Source of the DNA: a virus
Lineage: Duplodnaviria; Caudoviricetes
Length of the DNA: 64,000 bases
Virus record (IMG/VR): IMGVR_UViG_3300020576_007701
Strand: one strand, 5' to 3'
The translations under genes were made by a program, and so were the position numbers. This document shows, in pieces, positions 30,856 to 40,754 of the stretch; position 1 is the stretch's first letter; each line of letters begins with the position of its first letter. The notes under the pieces are model-generated. The model was not told the DNA's origin. It saw nothing but the letters and a program-made list of their open reading frames with translations, and made no database searches.

Positions 30856-31728
30856 ATGATAAAATGTGAAATATGCAAACAAGAGTTTAAACAAATTAGT
30901 AATACCCATTTAATTGAACACAATATAGATAAAAATGAATATAGAAGACTTTTTCCAGAAGCAAAATTGAAAAGTGTTTGGAATTTAGGCTTAAATAAAG
31001 AAAGCGATAAGAGGGTTCTAAAAAACGCCTTGGCGCTTAAAGCTAATCACTGGGTTAAAGACGAAGAAAAAAAGAAAAACATATCTAATAAAATAAGTCT
31101 TAGTAAGACTGGAGGTAAAATAAGTGAGAAAATTAAAGAACAATTCAGGCAAAAATATAAAGGTCAAGGCAATCCAAATTTTGGTAACACATGGTCTGAT
31201 GAACAAAAAAAAGAATCATCTGATAGAATGAAAGAAAAATATAAAGATCCAGAATATGTTGAAAAGTTTAAAAATTCTCATTGGAGTAACAATGAAGAAA
31301 AAAAACAAATAGTCACAAAAAAAGCTTCAGAGTATATAGCAAATGCAATTAGTTTAGGGATAATTAAAATTAATACTGGATATAAATGCGGCTGGATTTA
31401 TTCTGAAAAAATGAAACAAGAATTTTATTACATGTCTTCTTACGAACTTAGAAGAATGATTTTATTAGAAAAATCAGAATTGGTAAAAGAGTATACAAAC
31501 AAACATGGAATAAAATTGCAATACAATAATAAAAAAGGTGGTTTATCTTATTATATACCAGATATTTTAATTACATTTTACAATGGGGATGTACGTTTAG
31601 AAGAGGTAAAGGGCTATGTAAGAGATAAAGATGTTTTTACATTAAAAAATGAAGTTGCAAAATCATATTGTAAAGAAAATAATATAGAGTATAAAATAAT
31701 ATTTAAAAAAGATATAGAAAATTTATGA
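30856..31728 (+). mobile_element. Free-standing endonuclease: Zn-finger + NUMOD3-like + TnsA-like PD-(D/E)XK domain
   Basis: CEIC...HLIEH; GQGNPNFGNTWSDEQKK; YMSSYE...YIPDILI...LEEVKG; own TATTTAT at 30834-30840. Confidence 0.8.
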
Positions 31729-34700
31729 GAATTTGTCATTTAGCGGATATACAAGTAAGATTTGGATCTAGACACGACGAGTACAGAGCTGTGTTTAAAA
31801 GCCTTATTGAAGATCTTGAAAAAGTAAAACCAGACAGAATCGTGGTTGCTGGAGATATTAGCCATCATAAAATAAATATGTCTCCTGGTTCTTTTAATTT
31901 AATTTCAGAACTATTAATAGGTTTATCAAGGGTTGCACCAACTGATGTGATTTTAGGAAACCACGACATGAACTTGCAACAGTTAGAACAAGGTGATGCA
32001 ATCAGCCCAATATTCAATCTTTCAAATTTAATTGAAAAACATGCAGATAAAACAGCTTACATTGTAACCGCTGAAAACAAAGATGCATTAGACTATCAAA
32101 AGAAAGCTATTTATTATTATCCAGATAGCGGGTTTTACAAAATTTCTAAAGATTTTGTATATGGCGTTTATTCGATGAAAGACAACAAAATATTAACGCT
32201 TGAAAAAAAGGAACCTGGCGTTAATTATGTTGCTCTTTTTCACGGTCAAATTTTTGGAGCTAGAGGCGATAATGGCCTTATCATTCATGGAGATACCCAT
32301 TGGAAGCCAACAGTATTTAACAATTTCGACATTGTCATGATGGGAGATATCCACGAATATCAAACATTTCGTGAAGATGAATCAATGGCTTATTGTGGTT
32401 CTCTTGTACAGCAGAACTATGGCGAGGGCGTTGACAAAGGATATCTTCTTTGGAATGTTGAAAACAAAACTCACGAAAGAAAATTTGTGCCAAATGATTT
32501 TGGTTTTGCAAAGATAACAATTGCAAAAGGGGAAAAATTTGAGGAGCGTGTTGAGCACATAAAATTTAGTAGCAATAAAAAGAAAACAAAGGTTTATATT
32601 GTTTGGGAAGATTATGAGGAAAATTTTTCTCAGGAAAAAGAAAATCAAATTGTACGCCTTGTAAAAGATAAGTATGGATGTGAGGTTGTAAAGGTTCAGT
32701 TTGAAGCAATGATAAAAGAAATTGTTGTTGACGAAGAAGAACAACATGGAGAGTTAAAAGAAGTTGAAGAATATTTAAAAGAATTTATAGTTGCTGGAAA
32801 TTATAATTGCACTTCAGATGAACTTGTTGAGTTGTTAAAATTTCACCAAGAAACAACTGTAGAACTTGGGCTTAATGAAATACAATTAGAAAGTGCAAGG
32901 TGGGAATTAAATAAAATTGAAGTGAGCAATATTTTTTCTCTACCAATAACCCCAACAACCATTGATCTTGATTTATTGGGCGGACTTACTGGAATTTTTG
33001 GAAGAAACTACAATGGCAAATCCAATGTTGTAAAAGTTTTGGTGTGGGGTTTATTTAAAGAAATTCTAGGCGGAGATTCTAATTCTGCTAAATATATCGT
33101 TAATATATACACAGATTCAAATAAGGGATATGTAAAACTTTGGATAACAATTGATGGTAAGAAATATTTAATTGAGAGAAGTGTAAGAACCACACAAAAG
33201 AAAGACGGCAGCACATCAAATAGCTACGGTATATCTTATAAAACACTTGAGTTTGAATATGATGAAGAGGGAAACCTTGATAATGAAAAGTGGGAAAATG
33301 AAAAATCCGACTCTGCAACTGCTGAAAAAAACGAAGTTGGAAAACTTATAGAAAAAGCAATTGGAACATTTGATGATTTCACAAAAACATCTTTACAAAC
33401 ACAGGGTGGAAAAGATGATTATTTAAACATGACTCAACAGCCAAAAAATAATTTGGTTAGTAAGTATATGGGTTTAGAAACGTATAAAGATAGATACGAA
33501 TATAGAAATGAAAATTTTAAAGAAATAAAGAAAAAACAAAAAGAGCTTGGAGATAGACCAGCGCTTGAAGATAAAATACACACGCTTCAAATTGAAAGAG
33601 ATGCAAAGAAAAAAAATTACGATGACTGCGTTTCAGAAAAAGAAAAAGCTTTGCAAAGTAAAGAGGGAGTTGATGTTGAAATTCTAAATTTAACTAAAAA
33701 ATTAGAAAAGGTAGAGTTTGTTGAAATAAATGATATTGGAAAAATAACTTATAGTTTAAATCAAAAGGATTTAGATTTAAAAAATAAAACCAAAGAAGCT
33801 TCTGATTTAACAGAATGGTTAGCTAATAATTTTAAAAAAGAATTACCATTTGACAACACGTTATCCGAAGACCAATTAAAATCTCAGCTTTCAGCAGAAC
33901 AATCGGCGTTAACAAGAGAAGAAAACTCTAAAAAAACAGTGTTAGAATGGCTTGCTTTAAATGATGTTAAGACCATTGAGTCTGATGCAACAGTTGAGCA
34001 ATATGCAAAAAGCATAGAGGAAATAACAAAAAAAATATCAACCCTAGAAGGTCAATTATTAACTTTTAAGGGCAAGAGCTGCCCTACTTGTGGAACTATA
34101 CACCAGCAAGCAAATCCACACAAAGAAGAAGAGTGTATTGAGGAAATTAAAATGTGTAAAGAATTATTGGCGCATAAAAGAAAATTAATTAATTCAAATA
34201 ACGAAGCTAAGGAACATAACAATTTACATCAGACAAATATTGATAAACTTAGCAATATCAAACAAAGTCTATTAAACAGATTAGATAAAATTTCTTCTAT
34301 AAAAGAAAAAATAGATTTATTTTCGAGATCTTCAGATATAATAAAACACAACGACTTGGTTGAATCTAACTATAAAAAATTAACAGCTGCAAAAAAAGAA
34401 GTAGATTTTTTTAATAGTGAAATTAAAAAGTTAAACGAGATGCTTGTTAAAATAAAAAACAATGAATCTAAAATAGAAACAAACGCAGGTATCCAACTGC
34501 AAATAGATGATAAAAACGAATTGTCAAGAGCTTATAAGATTACAATTTACAACATGGATAAACAAGCTACAATTTTATTTGGAGAACTTAAAATTGTAGA
34601 AAACAATATAGAAAATTATAAGCAAAAACTTATTGATATAAGCGAGTACGAAAAGGAGTATAGAAAGTATTCAATATATTTGCAAGCAATGCATAGAGAT

Positions 34701-35192
34701 GGAATACCAGCTCTTATTATACGAAAAAAACTACCGCTTATCAACCATAGAATAAATACCATTTTGCAACAAGCAGTAGATTTTCAAATACAACTTTCTA
34801 TACTTGAAAACGGAGATATTGTGGAAACCTTTTATTTTAATGAAGACAAATCAGATACTCTTCCACTTTCTTTTGCTTCTGGCGCTCAAAAATTTGTATC
34901 TACAATAGCTATAAAAGATTCTTTGCATTATATTAGCAGTCTAACAAAGCCATCTCTTTGTATTATTGATGAAGGTTTTGGCACCTTGGATGATGAGCTT
35001 ACCTTTGAAATTATGAATATTTTGAATTATTTAAAGAATAAACATAAGAACGTGATTGTTATAACACACAGAAGTGAAATTAAAGATTTTGCAGATAACA
35101 TTATTGAAGTAACAAAAGTGCAAACTGGCTTAACTCAAGAAATGTTAGATAAAAATCCTAAGGCTGGAATAACAACGCTAAGAATAATATAA
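31725..35192 (+). CDS. Fused Mre11/SbcD nuclease - Rad50/SbcC ATPase (T4 gp47-gp46-like)
   Basis: Phosphoesterase motifs HLADIQ, VAGD, GNHD, LFHG, GDIH; Walker A GRNYNGKS; zinc hook CPTCG within coiled coil; signature ASGAQK; Walker B IIDEGFGTLD; H-loop ITH. Confidence 0.92.
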   Translation: MRICHLADIQVRFGSRHDEYRAVFKSLIEDLEKVKPDRIVVAGDISHHKINMSPGSFNLISELLIGLSRVAPTDVILGNHDMNLQQLEQGDAISPIFNLSNLIEKHADKTAYIVTAENKDALDYQKKAIYYYPDSGFYKISKDFVYGVYSMKDNKILTLEKKEPGVNYVALFHGQIFGARGDNGLIIHGDTHWKPTVFNNFDIVMMGDIHEYQTFREDESMAYCGSLVQQNYGEGVDKGYLLWNVENKTHERKFVPNDFGFAKITIAKGEKFEERVEHIKFSSNKKKTKVYIVWEDYEENFSQEKENQIVRLVKDKYGCEVVKVQFEAMIKEIVVDEEEQHGELKEVEEYLKEFIVAGNYNCTSDELVELLKFHQETTVELGLNEIQLESARWELNKIEVSNIFSLPITPTTIDLDLLGGLTGIFGRNYNGKSNVVKVLVWGLFKEILGGDSNSAKYIVNIYTDSNKGYVKLWITIDGKKYLIERSVRTTQKKDGSTSNSYGISYKTLEFEYDEEGNLDNEKWENEKSDSATAEKNEVGKLIEKAIGTFDDFTKTSLQTQGGKDDYLNMTQQPKNNLVSKYMGLETYKDRYEYRNENFKEIKKKQKELGDRPALEDKIHTLQIERDAKKKNYDDCVSEKEKALQSKEGVDVEILNLTKKLEKVEFVEINDIGKITYSLNQKDLDLKNKTKEASDLTEWLANNFKKELPFDNTLSEDQLKSQLSAEQSALTREENSKKTVLEWLALNDVKTIESDATVEQYAKSIEEITKKISTLEGQLLTFKGKSCPTCGTIHQQANPHKEEECIEEIKMCKELLAHKRKLINSNNEAKEHNNLHQTNIDKLSNIKQSLLNRLDKISSIKEKIDLFSRSSDIIKHNDLVESNYKKLTAAKKEVDFFNSEIKKLNEMLVKIKNNESKIETNAGIQLQIDDKNELSRAYKITIYNMDKQATILFGELKIVENNIENYKQKLIDISEYEKEYRKYSIYLQAMHRDGIPALIIRKKLPLINHRINTILQQAVDFQIQLSILENGDIVETFYFNEDKSDTLPLSFASGAQKFVSTIAIKDSLHYISSLTKPSLCIIDEGFGTLDDELTFEIMNILNYLKNKHKNVIVITHRSEIKDFADNIIEVTKVQTGLTQEMLDKNPKAGITTLRII
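31737..31754 (+). repeat. 18-bp direct repeat, copy 2
   Basis: Identical to 30775-30792. Confidence 0.95.
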
Positions 35193-35200
35193 AACATTCT

Positions 35201-35746
35201 ATGAGCAATATAATACCAACCATACCATCAACTCCACAAAGTGGTCCACAGCCAGCTGAAACGCCAAAAAGAAAGCGTGGGAGGCCACCTGTAAATGCAG
35301 AAGCTCAAAATGCAATGCAAACTATAGCAAAAATACAAGAAGAAAAAGACAGGGAGAATCTTGAAAAAGAAAAAGAAAGGCTTGAGTTAGAAGCCAAACA
35401 AAAAATGGCCATCCTTAATCAGGTTAAGATAAATGAAGCTCAGGAAAAAATTAAGCGTAAAATACGTGAAGCCGAACAAAAAAGATTAGAAAAAGAAAAA
35501 CAAGAAAATATAAAAAGTGAACTTGAAAAAAGCTTCGGAAAAATAGAGTGGAAATCAACTAAATCTGGTTATTTAATTCAAGGATTTTATAAGAAAAAAT
35601 TAATTTTTGAAATAAAAAGAACACTTTTTTTTAATTTATACATTAAAGATAAAACTCTAATGGAAAAGCATAAAGTAAATAAATCTTATGCTGGTTGTTC
35701 AATGTTTCTTAAATCTTTGAAGGAGAGATCTGAAAAGCTTCTTTAA
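35201..35746 (+). CDS. AT-hook-containing hypothetical protein
   Basis: KRKRGRPP motif followed by a coiled coil. Confidence 0.6.
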   Translation: MSNIIPTIPSTPQSGPQPAETPKRKRGRPPVNAEAQNAMQTIAKIQEEKDRENLEKEKERLELEAKQKMAILNQVKINEAQEKIKRKIREAEQKRLEKEKQENIKSELEKSFGKIEWKSTKSGYLIQGFYKKKLIFEIKRTLFFNLYIKDKTLMEKHKVNKSYAGCSMFLKSLKERSEKLL

Positions 35747-36488
35747 GCTGCTTTGTAATTTTATCAATTTTATCTTTAAGTTTTCTTCTATCAGCTTTTG
35801 CTTTAAGCTCCTGTGGCGTTTGAGGCTTTACAGGTTCTATTTTCGGTATAGGTTTAACAGCGGGTTTTATTGCAGGTTTAATTACTGGTTTAGCTTTGAC
35901 AACAGGTTTTTTTACATCAACTGGTGTAGGAGACACTGGCGTAGCCATTTTAAGAGCTTTTTGTTTGGCAATAGCCACATTTCTATCAAAAGCAACAATT
36001 ATTTTTGACATTGCAGAATCATTTGGATTATATGCTCCATTAATTCCAGAGGGAGGGCCTTGAAAAAACGCTCCAGTTGGGAACATTGATTTTAAGTTCG
36101 AAACCTTTAATAAGCGCCACTCATTTTTTGCTTGAGCACTACCTTGTCTGGGATTCGTTTCTAAAGCCTTTTTTTCAGATTGTCCCTCTACGTGAACGCC
36201 CCTAATAATCAATTGACCGTTTTTATCATACCCCATAGCAAAAGGCCAAAAAATACGTTGTTTCCAAATTGGCATCTTATATTTTTCATTATTGCTTTGA
36301 TATGTAACGCCTATTTCGGCACCTTGCTCAATCCATGTTTTCATAAGGTTCATGTCAAAAGGAATTCTATTTTTGGAAAAAGCATATGGGTTTGCCACAG
36401 CAGAATCTTCCACAATGATCTCAACATTGTCTGGGATTAATCCACATAACTCTGCTAATCTTCTTTTATAATCTTCTGATAAAACCAT
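35709..36488 (-). CDS. WYL-like domain protein with N-terminal helical tag and Lys/Pro-rich tail
   Basis: VTY...RIFWPFAMG....LIIRG...EWRLLKVSNL matches the WYL strand pattern. Confidence 0.55.
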   Translation of the reverse strand: MVLSEDYKRRLAELCGLIPDNVEIIVEDSAVANPYAFSKNRIPFDMNLMKTWIEQGAEIGVTYQSNNEKYKMPIWKQRIFWPFAMGYDKNGQLIIRGVHVEGQSEKKALETNPRQGSAQAKNEWRLLKVSNLKSMFPTGAFFQGPPSGINGAYNPNDSAMSKIIVAFDRNVAIAKQKALKMATPVSPTPVDVKKPVVKAKPVIKPAIKPAVKPIPKIEPVKPQTPQELKAKADRRKLKDKIDKITKQLKEAFQISPSKI

Positions 36489-36553
36489 TTTACATAAATA
36501 TTAAACAAAAAGCTTTTATTTGTCGCAATTTTATATTAAATTTATATACAAAT

Positions 36554-37471
36554 ATGCTACTGCCAGTAAACACCGAAGAGACAAAGATACCAGACTTAAT
36601 AGTTGAAGGTAAAAAAATTCACATTAGCTATAGTGAATTTTCCTTATTTTACCAGTGTGGCCATAGACACCTTCTTGAAAAACATCTAGCTATTTTAGCA
36701 CAACCACCATCAATTCATCTATATTTTGGTAATGCAATTCACGCTTCTATTGAAACTGTTTTAAAAGAACATTTAGACATTGAGAGTCGTGTGTCTTTTT
36801 TTAGAAATACCTTCACTAAATCAATGAAGGAAAATATGAAGGATACCATTGATTATAAAAACAATTTTGAAGATTTTTTAGATCAAGGTGAAAATATACT
36901 TAGAATACTTGATTTTGAAAGCATATTTAAAGATTACGAAATTATAGCTATCGAAGAGGCTTTGTATGAAAACTTGCATTCTCACTTTTATTTTAAGGGT
37001 TTTATTGACTTAGTTGTTCGTAATAAGATTACAAAAAAATATAAAATATTTGATTGGAAAACATCTGGGTCAGACTGGGATGTTCCTAAAAAAATTAAAG
37101 ATGAAATATTTCTTGCTCAAATGAGATTCTATAAATTCTTTTGGGGAAGAAAAAACAATATTCCACTTGAAGATATTGAGTGTGGATACGTTGTTCTTAA
37201 TAGACTTAGAAATAAAAAAGACCCAAAATCTTATCCAGGAAATATTCAAAGAGTAGATGTAAATTCTACAAACTCAGAAATAAAAAGTTCTCTTAACAAG
37301 CTCGCTCTTGCAGTAAAGTCAATACACATTGACAAATATTTTCCAAAAATAAAACAAACAGCTGGTACAAATGGCTGCTTCTTTTGCCCACTGAAAGGTG
37401 GCAATCACCCACATTGCGATTCTACAAAAAGACAAGACAAGCTTTTCTTAAAAGAGTATAAGAAAAACTAA
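36554..37471 (+). CDS. Cas4/RecB-like PD-(D/E)XK exonuclease
   Basis: ISYSEF...C, GNAIH, KGFIDLV, IFDWKT, QMRFY and C-terminal CFFC...C (four Cys, Fe-S staple). Confidence 0.85.
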   Translation: MLLPVNTEETKIPDLIVEGKKIHISYSEFSLFYQCGHRHLLEKHLAILAQPPSIHLYFGNAIHASIETVLKEHLDIESRVSFFRNTFTKSMKENMKDTIDYKNNFEDFLDQGENILRILDFESIFKDYEIIAIEEALYENLHSHFYFKGFIDLVVRNKITKKYKIFDWKTSGSDWDVPKKIKDEIFLAQMRFYKFFWGRKNNIPLEDIECGYVVLNRLRNKKDPKSYPGNIQRVDVNSTNSEIKSSLNKLALAVKSIHIDKYFPKIKQTAGTNGCFFCPLKGGNHPHCDSTKRQDKLFLKEYKKN

Positions 37472-37527
37472 TAGCTACCCTTGTTTTTCTCGCTCAGTAT
37501 GTTTATATTTTATAAAAATAAAACATC

Positions 37528-37923
37528 ATGGCATACTATAAAAAAGAAGAGATTGTAGACTATATTAATGTTTCTTGTCAAAGAATTCAAGAAGAAAAAC
37601 ACCATACCGTTACAGATCCAAAAAAAGCACTGCAAGAACTAACAGATGAACAAGATCTTGTTGGTTTTTTCTGGCTTGAAGTTAATGGCTCTTTAGAAAA
37701 TGGCGTTGGAATAAAAATGGAGGGTAAAATTTTTGTTAGATTAAATTCTGAAATTTATACTGATGATAGATTTGCAATAGATTCATACCACGCAGCCAAA
37801 GCTGGCCTACCAGTTACAGATATAATCAAAAAAAGAGAACAAGAACAAAAAGAAGCTTCTACAAAAGTGACCCCAGAAATACTTGAATCTTTAAAAGGTT
37901 ACATTACTGATCCTAAAAAATAA
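37528..37923 (+). CDS. Hypothetical protein
   Basis: 131 aa; TTG-N20-TATATTTT at 37481-37511. Confidence 0.65.
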   Translation: MAYYKKEEIVDYINVSCQRIQEEKHHTVTDPKKALQELTDEQDLVGFFWLEVNGSLENGVGIKMEGKIFVRLNSEIYTDDRFAIDSYHAAKAGLPVTDIIKKREQEQKEASTKVTPEILESLKGYITDPKK

Positions 37924-37925
37924 TT

Positions 37926-38246
37926 ATGACATTAAAAGAATTAGAAGAGCTCAAAGATTGCAATGAGCTTGATATGCTTTTAAAAATTATTCAAAAAGCA
38001 GAATCGGTTAAAAAAAGAGTTGAAAATCTTGTTGTAGGCGTTAAAGCAGCTGGCATAGATGTTAGAAAAGTAATGCAAGACATAAGATTGTTATCTGAAA
38101 TAATTCGTGATGAAACCCAAAGAAGAAAAATTGATTTTCCGATAGAGGATTCTAAATTATTTAAAGCAATTAAATTAGAAAAAATTAGACTTGAAAAAGA
38201 AGAAATAAGAATAAAAAAATTAGAAGAAAAAAGGGCAACACGATAA
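37926..38246 (+). CDS. Histone H1-like (Hc1-type) small DNA-binding protein
   Basis: GVKAAGIDVRKVMQDIRLLSEIIRDE resembles the GNKAAGTRARK..lelkkl...lRkE core of Bacteroidota Hc1-like proteins. Confidence 0.55.
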   Translation: MTLKELEELKDCNELDMLLKIIQKAESVKKRVENLVVGVKAAGIDVRKVMQDIRLLSEIIRDETQRRKIDFPIEDSKLFKAIKLEKIRLEKEEIRIKKLEEKRATR

Positions 38247-40192
38247 TGGCTAAAAAGACTGGCGAAATAAAAGAAAAGAAAGAAAAAAAGGAACTTGAAG
38301 TAGAAGTAACTAAGCTTAAAACAAATTATGAGTTAAGGTATGATTATAGCCCAATGTTAACAGAGTATATAAAAACTCTTCCAAAAGAACATAGAGGTGT
38401 AAGGGTTGATAACGTAATCGACATGAATACTGGCAAGGCAAAAGATGTGTGGGTTAGATTAATTCGTGAAGTTGCTATGGGTCAAATTATTTCTTTTTTT
38501 TTAGATAACGCAATAAAGTTTAATTTTAAAAATGTTCCAGAAGAAGATATAAATAAATTAAGAAAAGAATATCTCGATAGACAACAAAGGCTAGCTCAGG
38601 TTTTAAAATTAAAAGCTGAACAAATACAGGTAAGTGACGAACCGCTTCCGTTTATGAAAAGACAGCCACACTCTTATCAAAGACAAGCAGTTGCTTTTTT
38701 TGAAATTAATAATGGCGTGGCTATACTTGGAGACCAGCCAGGTGTTGGTAAAACATTGTCCGCTTTAGTTTATGCCGCAAAGCATAGGCATAAAACATTA
38801 ATTATATGTCCGTCGTCTTTAAAGTTTGGTTGGAAAAATGAAACTTTAGAATTTACAAAAGATAAGGCTTTTATTTACAAGTACAAACCAAAAAAAGGTA
38901 GTCCACACGTAGCATTCACAAAAAATGAATCTTTATTTCATATCGTAAATTATGAATCTCTTGAGACCTATGTGGATATTCAATATAAACATGTGTGTAA
39001 GGGAAAGCTACTTGTTGGCGGAAAGGGAATGACCGTTTGTAATCACGAAATGGTTGACAATATAAAAAAACACAAAGAGTGCCCAGTTTGCAAAAACTCA
39101 AATTCATTTAAAAGTAGAATTAATGGACATGTTTTTTCCAAAGACAAATTTGATCAAGAATTAAAACCAGAAGATTACGATTTAATTGTTATTGATGAAT
39201 TTCACAGAATAAAAGAAAAAAATACTGGATGGACAAAAATAATTAGAGAAGCATTTAAAGACGTACCAAGAAAATTGTTATTATCTGGAACGGCAATTAA
39301 AAGTAGACCAAAAGAATTTTTTGTTGGCTTAAATTTTTTATATCCGCAAGAATGGAATAATCAGCATGAGTTTGGCGTAAGATACTGCGCAGGTTTTCAA
39401 GATACATTTGGTTGGAAGTATGATGGCGCTTCTAATTTAGAAGAATTGTACGAAAGAATGTCTAGATTCTTTTTAAGGAGATTGAAAAAAGATGTTTTAA
39501 AAGATCTTCCGCCAAAGACTCATACAAGTATACCTATAGAACTTGAAGATGTCGAATTTAAAGAGTACGCAAAAATTTTAGAAGGCTGTATCAAAATGAT
39601 TGATGGCGAAGAGGTGAAGGATTCTTACCTTGTTCAAGTTAATAAACTAAAAATGTTCACCGCTCAATGTAGGCTTAAAAGAGTTGTCGAGTTCATCCAA
39701 GAAATTATAGACTCAGGTGAAAAAGTGGTTATTATGTCAGACTTTCAAGATATAGCCAATAAAATTTACGAACACTTCAAAGATGTTGCAGTGCTCCACA
39801 CAGGTTCAATGAACGAGGTGGAAAAACAAGAGTCTGTTGATAAATTTCAAAAAGATAAAAATATAAAAGTTTTTTCTGGGATGATTATAGCTTCTGGTGT
39901 TGGAATTACTTTAACGGCTGCCTCCAGGTTTATTTTTATGGGTTTTGCTTGGACACCAAGTGATATGGAACAAGCTGAGGATAGAATTCATAGAGCTTCT
40001 ACAACACATGATAATATTCAAATTTTGACCCCTTATTGTATGGATACTCTAGATGAAGACATTTTAGAGCTTCTTGATGAAAAATCAAAAGTTGTTGGAC
40101 GTGTGTTGGACGGCCAAGTGGTAAAAAAAGATGTTAGAAAAGCAGATGAAAGTATTATGCAGAGTTTGTTTAAGAGATTAAAGGCTAAATAA
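38246..40192 (+). CDS. SNF2-family (HARP-like) helicase/ATPase
   Basis: LGDQPGVGKT, IICPSSLK, IVIDEFHRIK, LLSGT, LRRLKKDV, GVGITLT and QAEDRIHR. Confidence 0.92.
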   Translation: MAKKTGEIKEKKEKKELEVEVTKLKTNYELRYDYSPMLTEYIKTLPKEHRGVRVDNVIDMNTGKAKDVWVRLIREVAMGQIISFFLDNAIKFNFKNVPEEDINKLRKEYLDRQQRLAQVLKLKAEQIQVSDEPLPFMKRQPHSYQRQAVAFFEINNGVAILGDQPGVGKTLSALVYAAKHRHKTLIICPSSLKFGWKNETLEFTKDKAFIYKYKPKKGSPHVAFTKNESLFHIVNYESLETYVDIQYKHVCKGKLLVGGKGMTVCNHEMVDNIKKHKECPVCKNSNSFKSRINGHVFSKDKFDQELKPEDYDLIVIDEFHRIKEKNTGWTKIIREAFKDVPRKLLLSGTAIKSRPKEFFVGLNFLYPQEWNNQHEFGVRYCAGFQDTFGWKYDGASNLEELYERMSRFFLRRLKKDVLKDLPPKTHTSIPIELEDVEFKEYAKILEGCIKMIDGEEVKDSYLVQVNKLKMFTAQCRLKRVVEFIQEIIDSGEKVVIMSDFQDIANKIYEHFKDVAVLHTGSMNEVEKQESVDKFQKDKNIKVFSGMIIASGVGITLTAASRFIFMGFAWTPSDMEQAEDRIHRASTTHDNIQILTPYCMDTLDEDILELLDEKSKVVGRVLDGQVVKKDVRKADESIMQSLFKRLKAK

Positions 40193-40248
40193 TTTGTAAA
40201 AAATGTTTTTTTCCTATATTTATTATAAAACCTTTAAATCCTAAAATA

Positions 40249-40752
40249 ATGAAAATAGAAGAATCAGAATTACAACAAATCATCAAGGAAGAAGCTATTC
40301 GTCTTAGAAAGAGAATGATGCTTGAGTCTGAAAAAGAAAAGATCTTAAAAGAACTTCAAGAAATGGAAGCTTATGAAATGAGTGAGGGAGAAATGGAAGA
40401 AGGTTTATTTGACAAGTTTAAAAAAGACTGGCCTGCAGAAGCAGAAAAATGGATGAATCAACCAAATTTAAGAGCCGCTATGAAAGCAAAAGCTGACTCT
40501 ATATGGACAAAAGCAATTCAAAATCCAAATTTAGCATGGTTTCAAAAATTATCAGCTGGTAAAAATTTACAAGATCAAGCTCAACGTGCTGAAGTTTACA
40601 AAGCGTGGCTTACTTATTACAGAGACATGTGGAAACAAGCTTATATTTCTGGACAAGGAACTCCAATTGGTTATGAATTCGACATGGAAAAAGGTGTTTT
40701 ATTTAAAAACCCTAGTGCTACTGGCGGAAACAACTTTATGCCTGGTACATAA
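40249..40752 (+). CDS. Putative head-associated late protein
   Basis: TATTTAT at 40217-40223; N-terminal IEESELQQIIKEEA tag. Confidence 0.55.
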   Translation: MKIEESELQQIIKEEAIRLRKRMMLESEKEKILKELQEMEAYEMSEGEMEEGLFDKFKKDWPAEAEKWMNQPNLRAAMKAKADSIWTKAIQNPNLAWFQKLSAGKNLQDQAQRAEVYKAWLTYYRDMWKQAYISGQGTPIGYEFDMEKGVLFKNPSATGGNNFMPGT

Positions 40753-40754
40753 TA

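Noticed and set aside
30793-31736. Group I intron or intein interrupting the Mre11-Rad50 gene
   Set aside because: Almost the whole insert is the nuclease ORF, leaving no space for a ribozyme core; stops rule out an intein; the downstream gene has its own complete start.
36554-37471. CRISPR-Cas locus suggested by the Cas4-like gene
   Set aside because: No repeat-spacer array or other cas genes seen; solo Cas4-like nucleases are common in phages.
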